A stretch of DNA of 62,904 nucleotides, counting the filler, from Octopus bimaculoides (lineage: Eukaryota): NCBI RefSeq assembly GCF_001194135.2. It is 6 parts of 5 records of this genome, joined end to end, with 100 filler letters (N's around TTAATTAATTAA, not from the genome) between each part and the next. Parts side by side here need not be neighbours in the genome. Positions count along the whole stretch, not along the records: positions 1 to 3,479 come from NC_069005.1; positions 3,580 to 19,848 come from NC_068981.1; positions 19,949 to 22,774 come from NC_069005.1; positions 22,875 to 27,439 come from NC_068984.1; positions 27,540 to 47,973 come from NC_068987.1; 1 more part is not named here. The stretch is one strand, 5' to 3'. Positions 1 to 27,598 of this stretch are shown here, one piece after another. The translations under genes and the position numbers were made by a program. The number at the start of each line of letters is the position of its first letter. Position 1 is the first letter of the stretch. A model generated the notes under the pieces. The model was not told where the DNA came from and made no database searches. It saw only the letters and a list, made by a program, of their open reading frames with translations.

Positions 1-58
<58 letters not shown>

Positions 59-2769
59 ATAGTTGTGTGTGTGTATGTATTTATGTATGTATATCCCAGC
101 ATGGCGCGACGTTTGGGCTGAAGCGCATAGAATAATGAAAGAATATATTATAAACGGATTAGTACCACTGGTGAAGAAGTGAACATAAACGCCATCGGAA
201 CATTAAATCAATTCATATTAGCATATTTATATTAGTTACAGAAGAAATTAAAATTACAAAGTACGTAAGTACTTCCATAAATATAGGCTGCGAGAAGGCA
301 TATAGGTTGCGGGAACGTAAACAAACGAACACCAGCTGTCAAGCATTTGAGTTACAAATAGCGACACAAAGATACACACATCAAACCTACACACACAGAC
401 ACACACACGCACATACCCACCGATACACACACATACGTACATACACACATATGTATATATAAACACATACACACGTATGTATATATATATAAACATATAT
501 ACCCACATTACACTGAAGCAGATGATCGTTCGGCATGATCGTCTGCTCATTGAGATTTGTCGCGAATATCTTCTCTACCTCTAAACACATAACCCTCAGC
601 GTTTTTAAATATCTGATTATTCCGAGAACACTCACTGAAAAATACCTTTTATGCAAGATTGTAACGGCACTCGTCTCAAACTTGAATTCCCGGCTCTAAA
701 ATCGCTAAAATCAACAGAAGAAATTCAAGTACATTTTTCTTAAAGCTATTAACTCAATAGTGACTTATATAATTGCAAAAAAATGGCAAAAAAAGTAACC
801 CTATTGGCTCTATAAAGACTGGAAATATACTGTGACGAATTTTCTCTGAATTAAATTATTTTACGCGATCAATTACGCCTCGGGTATCATTTGCTGAACA
901 CAAGAGTCGGACTGTTGTTTGCGGTTTTATTCTCAAATCTGAAAACATTGCATAAATACTAGTAAACGAACACACTCCTCGAATTTATATACCTCTTGCA
1001 AGCATAATAACAGCATGCGCAAATATACGTGTGTTGATATTCCCTTTCCATTACTGTTAAACAGTTTGTTTGACATACGAAAGAAATAACCGACGGCAAA
1101 ATATATATGTTCCATTGTAGATTTGGATTTGAATTTCGAAAACAGAAAAAGTCTCTAATCTACGGAAGACTATTTGCTATGTGGGGGATACTTAAAATAC
1201 ACATAAATGACTACATTTCTCACCTAAGAAATTGAGAAAACTAAAATAGAGAAAAGTGTGCGAAGGTATTAAAAGCAAAACACTTTAATTAATATAAATT
1301 AATTACATTCGAACAGTAGTTTGGAAATCCGTTATCAGAAGAGGGTAGCGAAAAGAAAAACAATTCGCTCGAGATTAACCATCAGTGTAGAGAAATATGA
1401 AGAGACACTGTATGAAAATTAAGGGGTCTCTTTTTCATGAGCATACAGATTTATGCTGAAGAAAATCCATGTACTGTGAGAAAAAGGAGTTTAACGTTGA
1501 TGTAGCGGGATGGAAAGGCTAAATCTGAAAGGAATATTGTCCTTGCAATACACTAAAACTAGGGCTTACGAACGCTAATTTCCTTGAGATTGCGATAGAA
1601 ATATCTCGGGATATGAACATATCAGGAAGGGATTTCTTATTGACTGTTGCCTGCAAAATCGTAGCACGTAAATGGTACCAAACGTATTGGCACCGACAGA
1701 AATGAAACGAATACGCCAAAGCAAATCCACTCACATAGCAAAGATTTACCAAGCAATAACATGAATTTAATTTATATATTGTATATAACCTGTCCGAATC
1801 TATTCCTTCAGCTTCGCTGTGATAGTAACAATATCATCACAGCTGATCAAGCAGATTAAAAGAAAGGTCATACAACGTCTCGAGCAGGGAACTTCGTTGG
1901 ACAGAGAGAGAGGGAAATGTCAACTGCTGTTGAAGGATTTGTACGGCAGAGAGGAGGAGGGAGAAGAGGAGAGAGAAGAGGAGGGAGAAGAGGAGAGAGA
2001 AGAGGAGGGAGAAGAGGAGATAAGGGGTAGAAGGGGAGGTTACCAACTGTTTGTTACTTGAATATATATTATTTCTCTGTTCCATTCAATGTTTTACAAA
2101 TCTGGCGTTGTTCTTATTTACTCCTTGCAACGAGCGTTTCACTAACACATGTTACCTCTACTATAACTCCTCTTCTCCCACCCACCCCCGCCATTTCTCT
2201 CTCTCTCTCTTTATCTCTCTCTCATACATACTGACTATCAACACCAGATGACATTTCTTTTTCTCTCTGATGAAGTTTCCAGCCGAAAGCATTAAACTTC
2301 TCGCCTTCTCTCCCAACTTCACACATATTTCACTGTTTGAATTATTTAGATACAAACCACATGGTTTCTGTTCTTTTTTACTCGTCAGAAATATGTATCA
2401 GATCAACGCTGTTCAATTTCAGACTACACTCTTCCTTCTTACTTACGTACTCAAACCATTATCTTCTTCGGTGTCAAGGCACCTGATCCATGTGGTTGAG
2501 CCTCAGACCATAGTTCATCCTGATGCCTCGCCACTATTTTGTCTGATAATCTTAACCGAATCAAATTGTCATCTTGCTTTATTTCTTGCATCATCATGCA
2601 AATTACATGATCTGCTAGAAATAACAGCCAAATTTCCTTTAATTCTCATTCTACTGTCTGTGTGGGAACCGAAATGCATTTTGTCAACGTAGTTCTAAAT
2701 ATATCTGGAACATATTGCTGGATCACCTTCGATTGTGGATCTGTCTCCTTAATGAGATCTGACGTGCTA

Positions 2770-2836
<67 letters not shown>

Positions 2837-3479
2837 GCAACAACTAGTGGTAAACTCTACCCAGTCACAGAGAGCCTGTTAAGCCCCTAACCGCAGCTGT
2901 TTTTTTTTTCTTTCGTAGAAAACCAGTGAAAAAGCACAAAGCAAAATCCCTGAACTGTGAGAGAACTATTTTATTGTTTGGTAAGAGAAATACTCACTAA
3001 TATAATTTCCTGTGAAACCAACAAAGTTCACATCAATATTGCTGCTGCCGCTGCTGCTGCTGCTGCTGTTGCTGACGCCGACGGTGATGTTAAGGAAGTC
3101 GATTTAGCAATTAAATTTATATTTCAATAGATAAAAAATTCAATAACTGGGTACAACCTGGCAAGCTTAAATCTTGCTTTATCGACAGAATATTTTTTTA
3201 TTCCAATATATTTTTTATCATAATATATCTTTTAAAGAGACATCAATGGTTATTTACTTAATGTAAATACATCGTTGAAAGGCAAGTTGCTGCGGTATTC
3301 GTTCAAAATTAATATCTCTTATGAACGCGCTGTGTTTAAAAATCAAATATATATAGTACTAGCTTTGAACCCGGGTCTCTAGTCTGAAGATAATGTCCTT
3401 CCTTCCTCTCACCAGTCTCAGACACTCTGTAAAGGGTCACCTGTGCTGATCTTCCAAATCAGTTGTGTGAAATACAAAA

Positions 3480-3579
3480 NNNNNNNNNNNNNNNNNNNNN
3501 NNNNNNNNNNNNNNNNNNNNNNNTTAATTAATTAANNNNNNNNNNNNNNNNNNNNNNNNNNNNNNNNNNNNNNNNNNNN
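3480..3579. other. Artificial scaffold join: 44 N + TTAATTAATTAA + 44 N (also 19849-19948, 22775-22874, 27440-27539, 47974-48073)
   Basis: Five identical 100-nt blocks; the 12-mer places TAA in all six frames, consistent with a contig-concatenation linker. Confidence 0.95.
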
Positions 3580-3697
3580 TATATATATATACTAGATATG
3601 TATATACACTATATGTATATACATGTATATATATATATATATATATACGATATATATATATACTATTTATATACAGTTTCCACATATCCACTCACAA

Positions 3698-3812
3698 TGA
3701 TGTGTTTCAGTCTGGCGCTAAAGCAGAAGACACTTGCCCAAAATGTTGCACAGTGTGATTGAACCCAAGACCACATGGTTGAGAAGCAGTCTTCTTAACC
3801 ATAGAACCATGC
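3698..3812 (-). mobile_element. tRNA-derived SINE family A (CORE-like), decayed partial copy
   Basis: agaagacacttgcccaa...gaacccaagaccacatggttg matches the other family A copies. Confidence 0.65.
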
Positions 3813-3967
3813 TTGGACCTAACCCTATAATACTACTGTGGTTGTATGGTGATCCAAAAGAAGTAAACACTAAAAGAATGTGCTAGTTTTTTACAGAATT
3901 AACACACATTTACTTACAAGCTGATTTACAAACAGAATTCATACCAAGAAATATTTAAATAATTTAC

Positions 3968-19293
<15,326 letters not shown>

Positions 19294-19478
19294 CTTGATA
19301 AAAGATTTACAAATAAATGAATATAGATGTAGATATAGATACATATATTCATGTGTGTATCATATGTGTGTAGAAAAATATTTAAATGAATAAATATAAA
19401 AAGAATATTGTAATTTGCTTGAAGCATTATCATGTGTAAACAGTATAACTATTTTAAAACATTTAAACAAAATATCGT

Positions 19479-19848
19479 GCGAGATCATTGCCAGTGCCCC
19501 TGGACTGGCTCTTGTGCGGCTGACACATGAGGTTTTTCGGGCGAGATCGTTGCCGGTGCCCCTGGACTGGCTCATGTATGGGTGACACATGAAATATATC
19601 GAGCAGGATCATTGCCAGTGCCCCTGGACTGGCTCATGTGCGGGCAACACATGAAATCTTTCGAGCGAGATCGTTGCCAGTGCCCCTGGGCCGGCTCTTA
19701 TGCGGGTGACACATGAGGTTTTTTCGAGCGAGATCGTTGCCGGTGCCCCCGGACTGGCTCATGTGCGGGCGACACATGAAATCTTTCGAGCGGGATTGTT
19801 GCCAGTGCCCCCGGACTGGCTCTTGTGCGGGTGACACATGAAATCTTT
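19479..19848 (+). repeat. 62-bp tandem repeat, at least 6 units, running into the gap
   Basis: Units start at 19479, 19541, 19603, 19665, 19728 and 19790; the unit is related to the internal part of family C (7791-7845). Confidence 0.92.
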
Positions 19849-19954
19849 NNNNNNNNNNNNNNNNNNNNNNNNNNNNNNNNNNNNNNNNNNNNTTAATTAA
19901 TTAANNNNNNNNNNNNNNNNNNNNNNNNNNNNNNNNNNNNNNNNNNNNTATATG

Positions 19955-20112
19955 CGATGGGCTTCTTTCAGTTTCCGTCTACCAAATCCACTCACAAGGC
20001 TTTGGTCGGCCCGGGGCTATAGTAGAAGACACTTGCCCAAAGTGCCACGCAGTAGGACTGAACCCGGAACTATGTGGCTCGTAAACAAGCTACTTACCAC
20101 ACAGCCACTCCT
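19955..20112 (-). mobile_element. SINE family A 5' half (CpG-intact)
   Basis: ttccgtctaccaaatccactcacaaggctttggtcggccc...gccacgcagtaggactgaacccgg...ccacacagccactcct. Confidence 0.88.
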
Positions 20113-21557
20113 ACGCCCTTGTGTGTATATATACGGAGAGTGAGATGGAGAGAAGAAGAATGGAGGGAGAGGCACGTATCAGTACGTGCATACTGAATGA
20201 TCTATTGTCTCTGTGGAAAGGAAAATGGAGAGTAGAATGTTATAAAAATGTATATATATTTCTGTATACTCAGATGTTTACCTTACTGCAAGTTTGCCCT
20301 TTGTTTTGTGTCTTACATCTGATACAAAGATCGTATTTCCCTGGTGCCCATGCATTATATATGATACACATACCCAATTTTTTTCAACCACCAGTGTAAC
20401 TTCGAAATTATGAAAGGAAAGCTGTATATTACCCAAAACGTACTTAAAGAAAAAGCTAAGAGTCTGAAAATAAGTTCAGACGTTTGGGAGTAAGTTATGC
20501 CAGTTCTTTGGACAGGCAGAAAGTTAAAAAGAAGCCATTTTTGCATAATGGATTACGAAGTCCATAAGAAACCCTATTTTATGGAAATGAAAACTGCTCC
20601 GTTAAACTGTAAGACAGCCGAAATTATTCTGAAGCATTTGCATAATTAATATCTAAAAATGTAATTCTCTAAAAGACTTGACACGCTCTGATTTGTTTAA
20701 AGTCAAATAAAGGAGTAGAACTTACTTTAAAAAAATTAGTTTGTAGCAAATATCCGAGCGCTTCATGAAAGTTTGCATTTGTACCGCTGTTCACTCTAGC
20801 AAGAGCTTTAATTTTTGGGAGTTTTCGAATTTTGGAATTTTGCAAAAAGGATTATCAGCTGTACGCAATCTCCTGCTTTCTAGCATTCGTTCAGGAAAAA
20901 TATATGTGCGTGTGCGTTGCATGTTAAATTTCTTGAATCGAAGATCAAGGAGATCAAAAATCCAAAGAGGAATTTATGTGAGTTAAATAAATGTAGAAAA
21001 AATATTTTACAGAGTTACTGTTTTAATACAGAAACTCTGGGTCCACTAATTCGTGTGCAGGTTCACTAATTCATCTTCATAAGTGTGTGTGCGTGTGTGT
21101 ATTTGTGTACGTGTGTATGTGTATCTGTATATGTGTAGGGAGGTACTTTTTGTGTGCACATATATTCATATATATATGCATTCAGATACTTATGTACACA
21201 CACATTCCTACATATGTATGTATATTATATAAATGTGTGTATATATATATAGAGATAGATAGATAGATGCATCCATATATACACACATACATACATACAT
21301 ACATACATACATACATACATGCATGCATACATACATACGTACATACATACATACATACATACATTCAAGCCATCAATGGAACTGTAAAGATACGTAAAAC
21401 TTGCCAAAAATTTAGCACATAAATACATATGCATGCATCTAGACATAAAAACGCATCCATAAAACAAACATACAAATCTGCGCATACACGAACACCAAAT
21501 ACTGCACACACACACATGCACAAATACTTAGATGATGTTGATAAAAGTTCCAATGAA

Positions 21558-21723
21558 GGAGCCTTGAATCTATGTTAGAGTCCGGCTATTTCTCTATGGA
21601 CAAGAAATACAGAAATGAAACTGATTGATAACATACATACATGGAGCCTTGAATCTATGTTAGTGTCCGGCTCTTTCTCTATGGACTAGAAATACAGAAA
21701 TGAAACTGATTGATAGCATACAT
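21558..21723. repeat. 85-bp tandem duplication
   Basis: ggagccttgaatctatgttag...gaaactgattgata at 21558 and again at 21643. Confidence 0.85.
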
Positions 21724-22499
21724 GCCTACATTGACCGTCTATGTGTTGTTCTTTCTGCTTTCTGTGTTCAAATGACTTCTTAAATAACTCGATATTAATT
21801 GAGATGCATAAACACTGAGTGTTTCTCATCGCTGGCGTCGAGTCCTATGTAAAAATAGGGAGAATCAGAGAGGCAAAGAGAGAGATGAAAAATGAAAGGA
21901 TAAAGACAGCCGGCGAGAAAGATGAGGGTACCTTAAAAACTTATTAAAACTACATTATATTGTGAGTTCGGATGACTGCAACATTTTCTCGAACAGAAGT
22001 TATAATGAAAGATATCGTTACACTTTGCCCTAACTTCGATATAATACGCTGCGCCATTAGCTCTGTACTTTCTGGATATTTCTTTGCTTTTCGGATCTTG
22101 GTTTGCATCAGCCATTCCTGATGAAAATTTATGGAGAAAGACAGAGGGACAGAGATCGAACAATAAACAGTGTGAAAGAAACGGGAAGACCTGGGGCAAA
22201 TACAGACAAAGAAAGGATTATGTATACTTGTGTGCGCGGGCGCGTGTGTATGCGTGTTCGTGTGTGTATGTGTGTGTACCTACTTGTGTGTGTATGTGTG
22301 TGTGTGCACGCGCGGAGGAAGGGGGCAGGCAATAGGGTAGGTGAGAGAAAGCAAATATCGATAAGTAACTCACAAGTGTCGTCTGCTTTTATTGAATGAG
22401 ATAAATCTTTTATTTCACATTGTCATTGCCATTGTGTTCCTTTTGAAGAAGAAATCGTTAAATATAGCGGTTTAGGAACGTCAGATGATGAAATACATA

Positions 22500-22536
<37 letters not shown>

Positions 22537-22577
22537 ACACGCACACACATACACACACATATATATAGATGTGTGTG

Positions 22578-22629
<52 letters not shown>

Positions 22630-22715
22630 TGCTCGTATGCATGTATGTATGTATCCATGCGCATATATGTGAGTATATGAGAGGTTATTTACGAATTTAC
22701 ATTCGTGAACCTTTG

Positions 22716-22774
<59 letters not shown>

Positions 22775-22874
22775 NNNNNNNNNNNNNNNNNNNNNNNNNN
22801 NNNNNNNNNNNNNNNNNNTTAATTAATTAANNNNNNNNNNNNNNNNNNNNNNNNNNNNNNNNNNNNNNNNNNNN

Positions 22875-22928
<54 letters not shown>

Positions 22929-22932
22929 TCAC

Positions 22933-23020
22933 GGCATATGGCGTAGTGGTTAAGAGCGCGGGCTACTAACCCCAAGATTCCAAGTTCGATTCCAGGCAAT
23001 GACCTGAATTTAAAAAAATA

Positions 23021-23069
<49 letters not shown>

Positions 23070-23210
23070 CATCGAAAAATACCTAAGGAATGAGAACCCA
23101 GGTTCGAAATTTCCCCAAGACACCTGATGAAGGCCGGAGGGTATATCAGCCGAAACGTAATGTTAACAACAAGCAAGATGAGGACAAATATCCGTCAAAT
23201 GTAAATAATG
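22933..23210 (+). mobile_element. tRNA-headed SINE-like element with internal (AAT)n and a 3' hammerhead-like motif
   Basis: A box TGGCGTAGTGG, B box GTTCGATTCC, anticodon-like loop CT-ACT-AA; downstream CTGATGA...GAAAC core. Confidence 0.75.
23119..23164 (+). ncRNA. Minimal type I hammerhead ribozyme motif (Penelope-type), probably degenerate in this copy
   Basis: gacac-CTGATGA-a-GGCcG(gagggtatat)CaGCC-GAAA-CGT-A-atgtt: both conserved core boxes, stem II, ACGU palindromic stem III, GUA site and a partial stem I. Confidence 0.6.
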
Positions 23211-23582
23211 TATATGTATGAATGTATATATGTATATATATATATAAATATATGTATATATACACACATATACATATATGTGTGTATGTGTGTGTAAGTA
23301 TGCACCCATATATGTATATATGGGTGCATAATGAGAAATGGAGTGGGAGTGAATGAGGAAAACACAAGTTTAAGAAATAGAGTAATTGAGTAGCAAGTAG
23401 AGAGATTTTCATAGGTGACAGCGGCAGGTATTTTGGTGAAAATAAAAGCAGAATATTTGTCGTAAAATTTGCGAGGAATTATTTTCAAACGAAAATGAAT
23501 TGAAAGCAAAATCTATGTAATGATGGAAGTTCATATACACATGCCTCCCTCCACCACACACAAACACACGCAAACACACACA

Positions 23583-23632
<50 letters not shown>

Positions 23633-23642
23633 NNNNNNNNNN

Positions 23643-23697
<55 letters not shown>

Positions 23698-24692
23698 TGC
23701 CCACAGCGATATAATTTGTGATGGTGTCAAAGGACAGAGTGAATGAGAGTAATAAGTGTTTAATAGTAAATAAAATTAAAGAAACCCTGTTTAAAAGAAC
23801 TATCATTTGAAGATGATGTTCAACCAATGTTAAAACGTGCTGCCAGTCGTTTGAGGAAGAATAGCTTCAAACAGATGTAAGAAAATAGTTAAATCTTGCA
23901 TGCATACTATAGTAACCGTGGTGTCAACAATATCGATGGGTGTTTTATTAAACTGTGATTATTACAAGATTTTGGCTTGAATGTATGAATATTTGGTCTT
24001 TCAAATTAGAAGTATTGTTGAAAAATGTTCATGATGAAAATTACTGATAAGAGTATCAGGATTTAAATAAAAATACCAAAATAATAAAATCATATTTATC
24101 ATTCCACTCCCAATTTTTTTACAGGCCTCATTGTTGTAGTCAATGTTTCACTCGTCATTTGCCAATTAATGCTCTATCTAATTTTACAATTTTGTACATG
24201 CATACGTATTCAAAATTACCAAATATATGCATATTTACTCTTGGGTACATAATCTTACAAACAGGTTACATACACATTCTAGAGGTTTTTCACAGGACAG
24301 CAGGTTTAATTTATGCAAAAGCTGCAAATTTACAGCTTATTCGATACATTCCGCACGAAAGCTAGTGATATACATAAGTTTTATTGTTCATATTCACTAC
24401 AAAAGTTCCTGAAGAACAAAATTTCATGTATAACCTTGGTCTCCTGAATTTTCAGTCTGTAATTTCAAACTGCTTCTGTTGTTTGTTCTGCTCGAATGAG
24501 GAAAAACATATGTACTGTGTAATAAGTAAATAGACTAACGTTGAATTCATGATACCTCTTAGTAATCTGAATATAAATATAATAGTGGAATACAGTAGAA
24601 CATATGAAGTGCAGTAAATAACAGTGAAATAAGTGTATATACAAATAAATATAATGAATTAAATACAGATTGATAACATATAGTGTATTATA

Positions 24693-24725
<33 letters not shown>

Positions 24726-25140
24726 CAATTGTTTGACCTTAACCAGCTGAGCATGTCCCTCGGTGGCTGACGATATGTGCATCTCTGATCATGGGCAGAA
24801 GTAGTGGGGGAGCATCATAGCCATATGTTGAGAGGAATTCTTTGGGGTTTGAATAATTCACCTTTGGAAACATGGGTGTTTTGCTCAACATCCTTAACCA
24901 AACCTTATTCAGGGACCTTTTGAGCAGAATGGGTTATTCGACCTGAAGAAAATTCTAACTGGGCCCCACCTGCGGGGTCATGCGCTGTTTATATTGATAT
25001 GAGATCGCCATGTCACACACATATGGTTGTGATGCATGTGCCTGGTGTACCCTTATCAGACGGGTAGTCATGATGGGTATACTGGGCTTCGTATATTTTA
25101 CCCCAGTGTCACTTTGATGGCATGCACTGCTCTCTCACTC
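24726..25140 (+). mobile_element. Non-coding retroelement or LINE 3' UTR embedded in (AAT)n
   Basis: Flanked by (AAT)n on both sides (24693-24725, 25141-25182); its last ~140 nt match 42151-42290 on the minus strand. Confidence 0.7.
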
Positions 25141-25182
<42 letters not shown>

Positions 25183-25668
25183 CCTAACTCGATCGGCATA
25201 TAACAACAAACCAGGCGACACACAAAAAGGAGAAAGTTAACTTGATCATCAGAATTTATAAACATGAAAACATTCGTTGAGCATTATGAGTCAAAGAAGA
25301 CAGCAGAATGAACTTTCGAATACAAAAAGTAGACAGAGCGACGCCTGCCAGTAATTAGAGAACACCTTCAAAAGCTTGAAATATATTTATATATATCTTA
25401 TTTAGTTGATATATAAACAGGGCAAATTTAGTTTTTCCTCTGTAGATTGAAAAGAAAAATGATGAACAGCCTCAATCAATTTTAGTACCTTATTGGTTTC
25501 TTATCAAAAATATCTACATCAATTTGACCAATCGCAGAGAAGCAAGCAGCCAAGCCGCTTATATATTCAACAAATCCAGTAGCTACAGAAAACTGGACTT
25601 ACTAATTTGCATACCGTACGTGTCTAACATTTCATTTCATATCAAAGGCAAGCCCATATACACCTTAC

Positions 25669-25705
<37 letters not shown>

Positions 25706-26094
25706 CAATGTTAATTCTCTAAATGAAGTATTAACAGTAACTGCACGATAAAGTGTAGTATATTGCCACTTAAGTGTGGCTGACCCCTAGGGGTGGATGT
25801 TACTGTTGCTTTTAGCCCCAGGAGGACATCTCCTCCAGCTGACTTATCGACACACGACTGTGTCCTGTTTGCCAAGGGTAGTTATCCCTCTCACCAACAT
25901 CTGCAGCACGAACGGATCCGGATTTCAGGGTTATTTCCCTTCGTCGGCGTCCGATAGCCGCTGACCTTGGTGAGAGAGACAAAAACCTGGCAATCTTATA
26001 TCTTCTTTTCAAGTGAAATTCTTCACTGATATCGAAAAGGTGAAAACAAGCAATGTTAATTCTCTAAATGAAGTATTAACATATATATATATAT

Positions 26095-27400
26095 GGTGTG
26101 TCAAATAAAGCGTTAATCAGACCATGTTCAATGGACACAAATGTTTCTCTTGGGGCCTGCTGGTGCCTTGCAAGCCTTTTGGCAAGTGAAACAAGTTGAC
26201 GATCCAGTTTTCTTGAGTGTTTGTGGATCATTTACTAGGTATTTTCTTGAATGGACAGCTAGGCCTGCTTTGCTTCGTACAAAGACAGGTAATTTTTTTT
26301 ACCATTTAGAGGAGCAGCGTTTTGCCAGCGTGTCGTTATGCTTGCACGAAGTTGGTCCCGATGTTGGAGTCAACTTTTTGAACTGAGGAGAAGCAGGACA
26401 GGCGTAATCTTCCGCGTTCTGATGCTTTGTTTTCCCACGAAGTAAAGGGAATGCTGCATCGCTTCAGATTGTCTTCTAGTTTGTCTTTGAAGCGCAAAAG
26501 TGGCCTTCCAAATAGACTTTCCTTTTGGGAATTAGCCAAAGAGAAGTTGCTTCGGAATTCTGATATCACTCATACTTGAGAGATGACCTGACCATCTATT
26601 TTGATGAGGATGGCTTCAATACCTGATATGTTGCATTTTGTTAATACCTCACTGTTATGAATATCCTCACTCAGTATTACGTTGGAGATAGGACGCAAGC
26701 ATCGCATATGAAAAGTGTCAAGCTGGTAGATGTGCTTTCGGTATAAAATCCAGGATCCAGTATCATAAAGCAATGTTGTCAGGACTACCGACTTATAAAC
26801 ATTAACTTTCACCGTCAGCGATACTACATAGCTTGCCGAAAGCGGAGTTAACCTTCCCGATTCTGGACTCGAATTCTTTATTCATCTTCGCAGCATTGGA
26901 GACAACGGAACCAAGATAAGTGAAGGAGGAAATGACTTTTAGTGCTTTCCCATCAATATATACAATAAGGCAAGAACAGGAAGATAGTCAGGAAAGGGAT
27001 AAGGTCAGTTTTCTTGATGCTGATGGTCAGACCAAAAGCCTTCGATGCACGCGAAACGTTGTTTAGAATCTACTGCGTGTCCTCAAGAGTGTGAGCTACA
27101 AGTGCACAATCGTCTCTGAAGAGCAAATCTTGAACTGTTTGCACCAAAGTCTAAGTTTTTCTTTTGAAGCACTGTTGGTTGAACAACTTACCACCAGTTC
27201 TGTAGTCAAACTTTATTCATTTAACACCCTCGAACGTTGTTTCCAACATGATGGAGAAATACAAAGCAAATAAGAGCGGTGCAAGAACACAGCCTTGTTT
27301 TTTTCCCATTTGAGATGTGAATGAATCAGACACTTCCTCGCTAGATCTGACAGAAGCCATCATCCCTTAATTGGAAAGAAATTATGACATTGAGCATCTT
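26095..27400 (-). mobile_element. RTE (BovB-like) LINE, 3' part, degenerate
   Basis: KVNVYKSVVLTTLLY...QLDTFHMRCLR...GIEAILIK, GRPLLRFKDKL and an RT GCVLAPLLF segment; same family as 48200-49870. Confidence 0.88.
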
Positions 27401-27556
27401 TTCTGGAACACCTAACTTTCAAAGGATACCCCATGTATANNNNNNNNNNNNNNNNNNNNNNNNNNNNNNNNNNNNNNNNNNNNTTAATTAATTAANNNNN
27501 NNNNNNNNNNNNNNNNNNNNNNNNNNNNNNNNNNNNNNNTATATATATATATATAT

Positions 27557-27598
<42 letters not shown>

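Noticed and set aside
2267-2295. Second CTGATGA...CCGAAAG hammerhead-like motif
   Set aside because: Stem II and stem I do not pair and there is no NUH in the expected position. At best it is a decayed relic.
3524-3535. TTAATTAATTAA palindrome recurring five times
   Set aside because: It is always centred in exactly 44 N + 44 N and gives stops in all six frames, so it is an assembly linker rather than a biological motif.
19479-19848. 62-bp repeat as a CRISPR array or hammerhead array
   Set aside because: It has no unique spacers and no cas genes, and the genome is eukaryotic. The CUGANGA box is absent on both strands.
20355-20546. Hydrophobic ORF as the ABCC10 N-terminus (TMD0)
   Set aside because: It has no recognisable ABCC10 motif and ends in a stop codon with no suitable in-frame donor.
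22933-23003. Functional tRNA-Ser(ACT) gene
   Set aside because: Acceptor and T stems pair poorly, ACT is not a normal eukaryotic anticodon, and it is followed by a SINE-like body.
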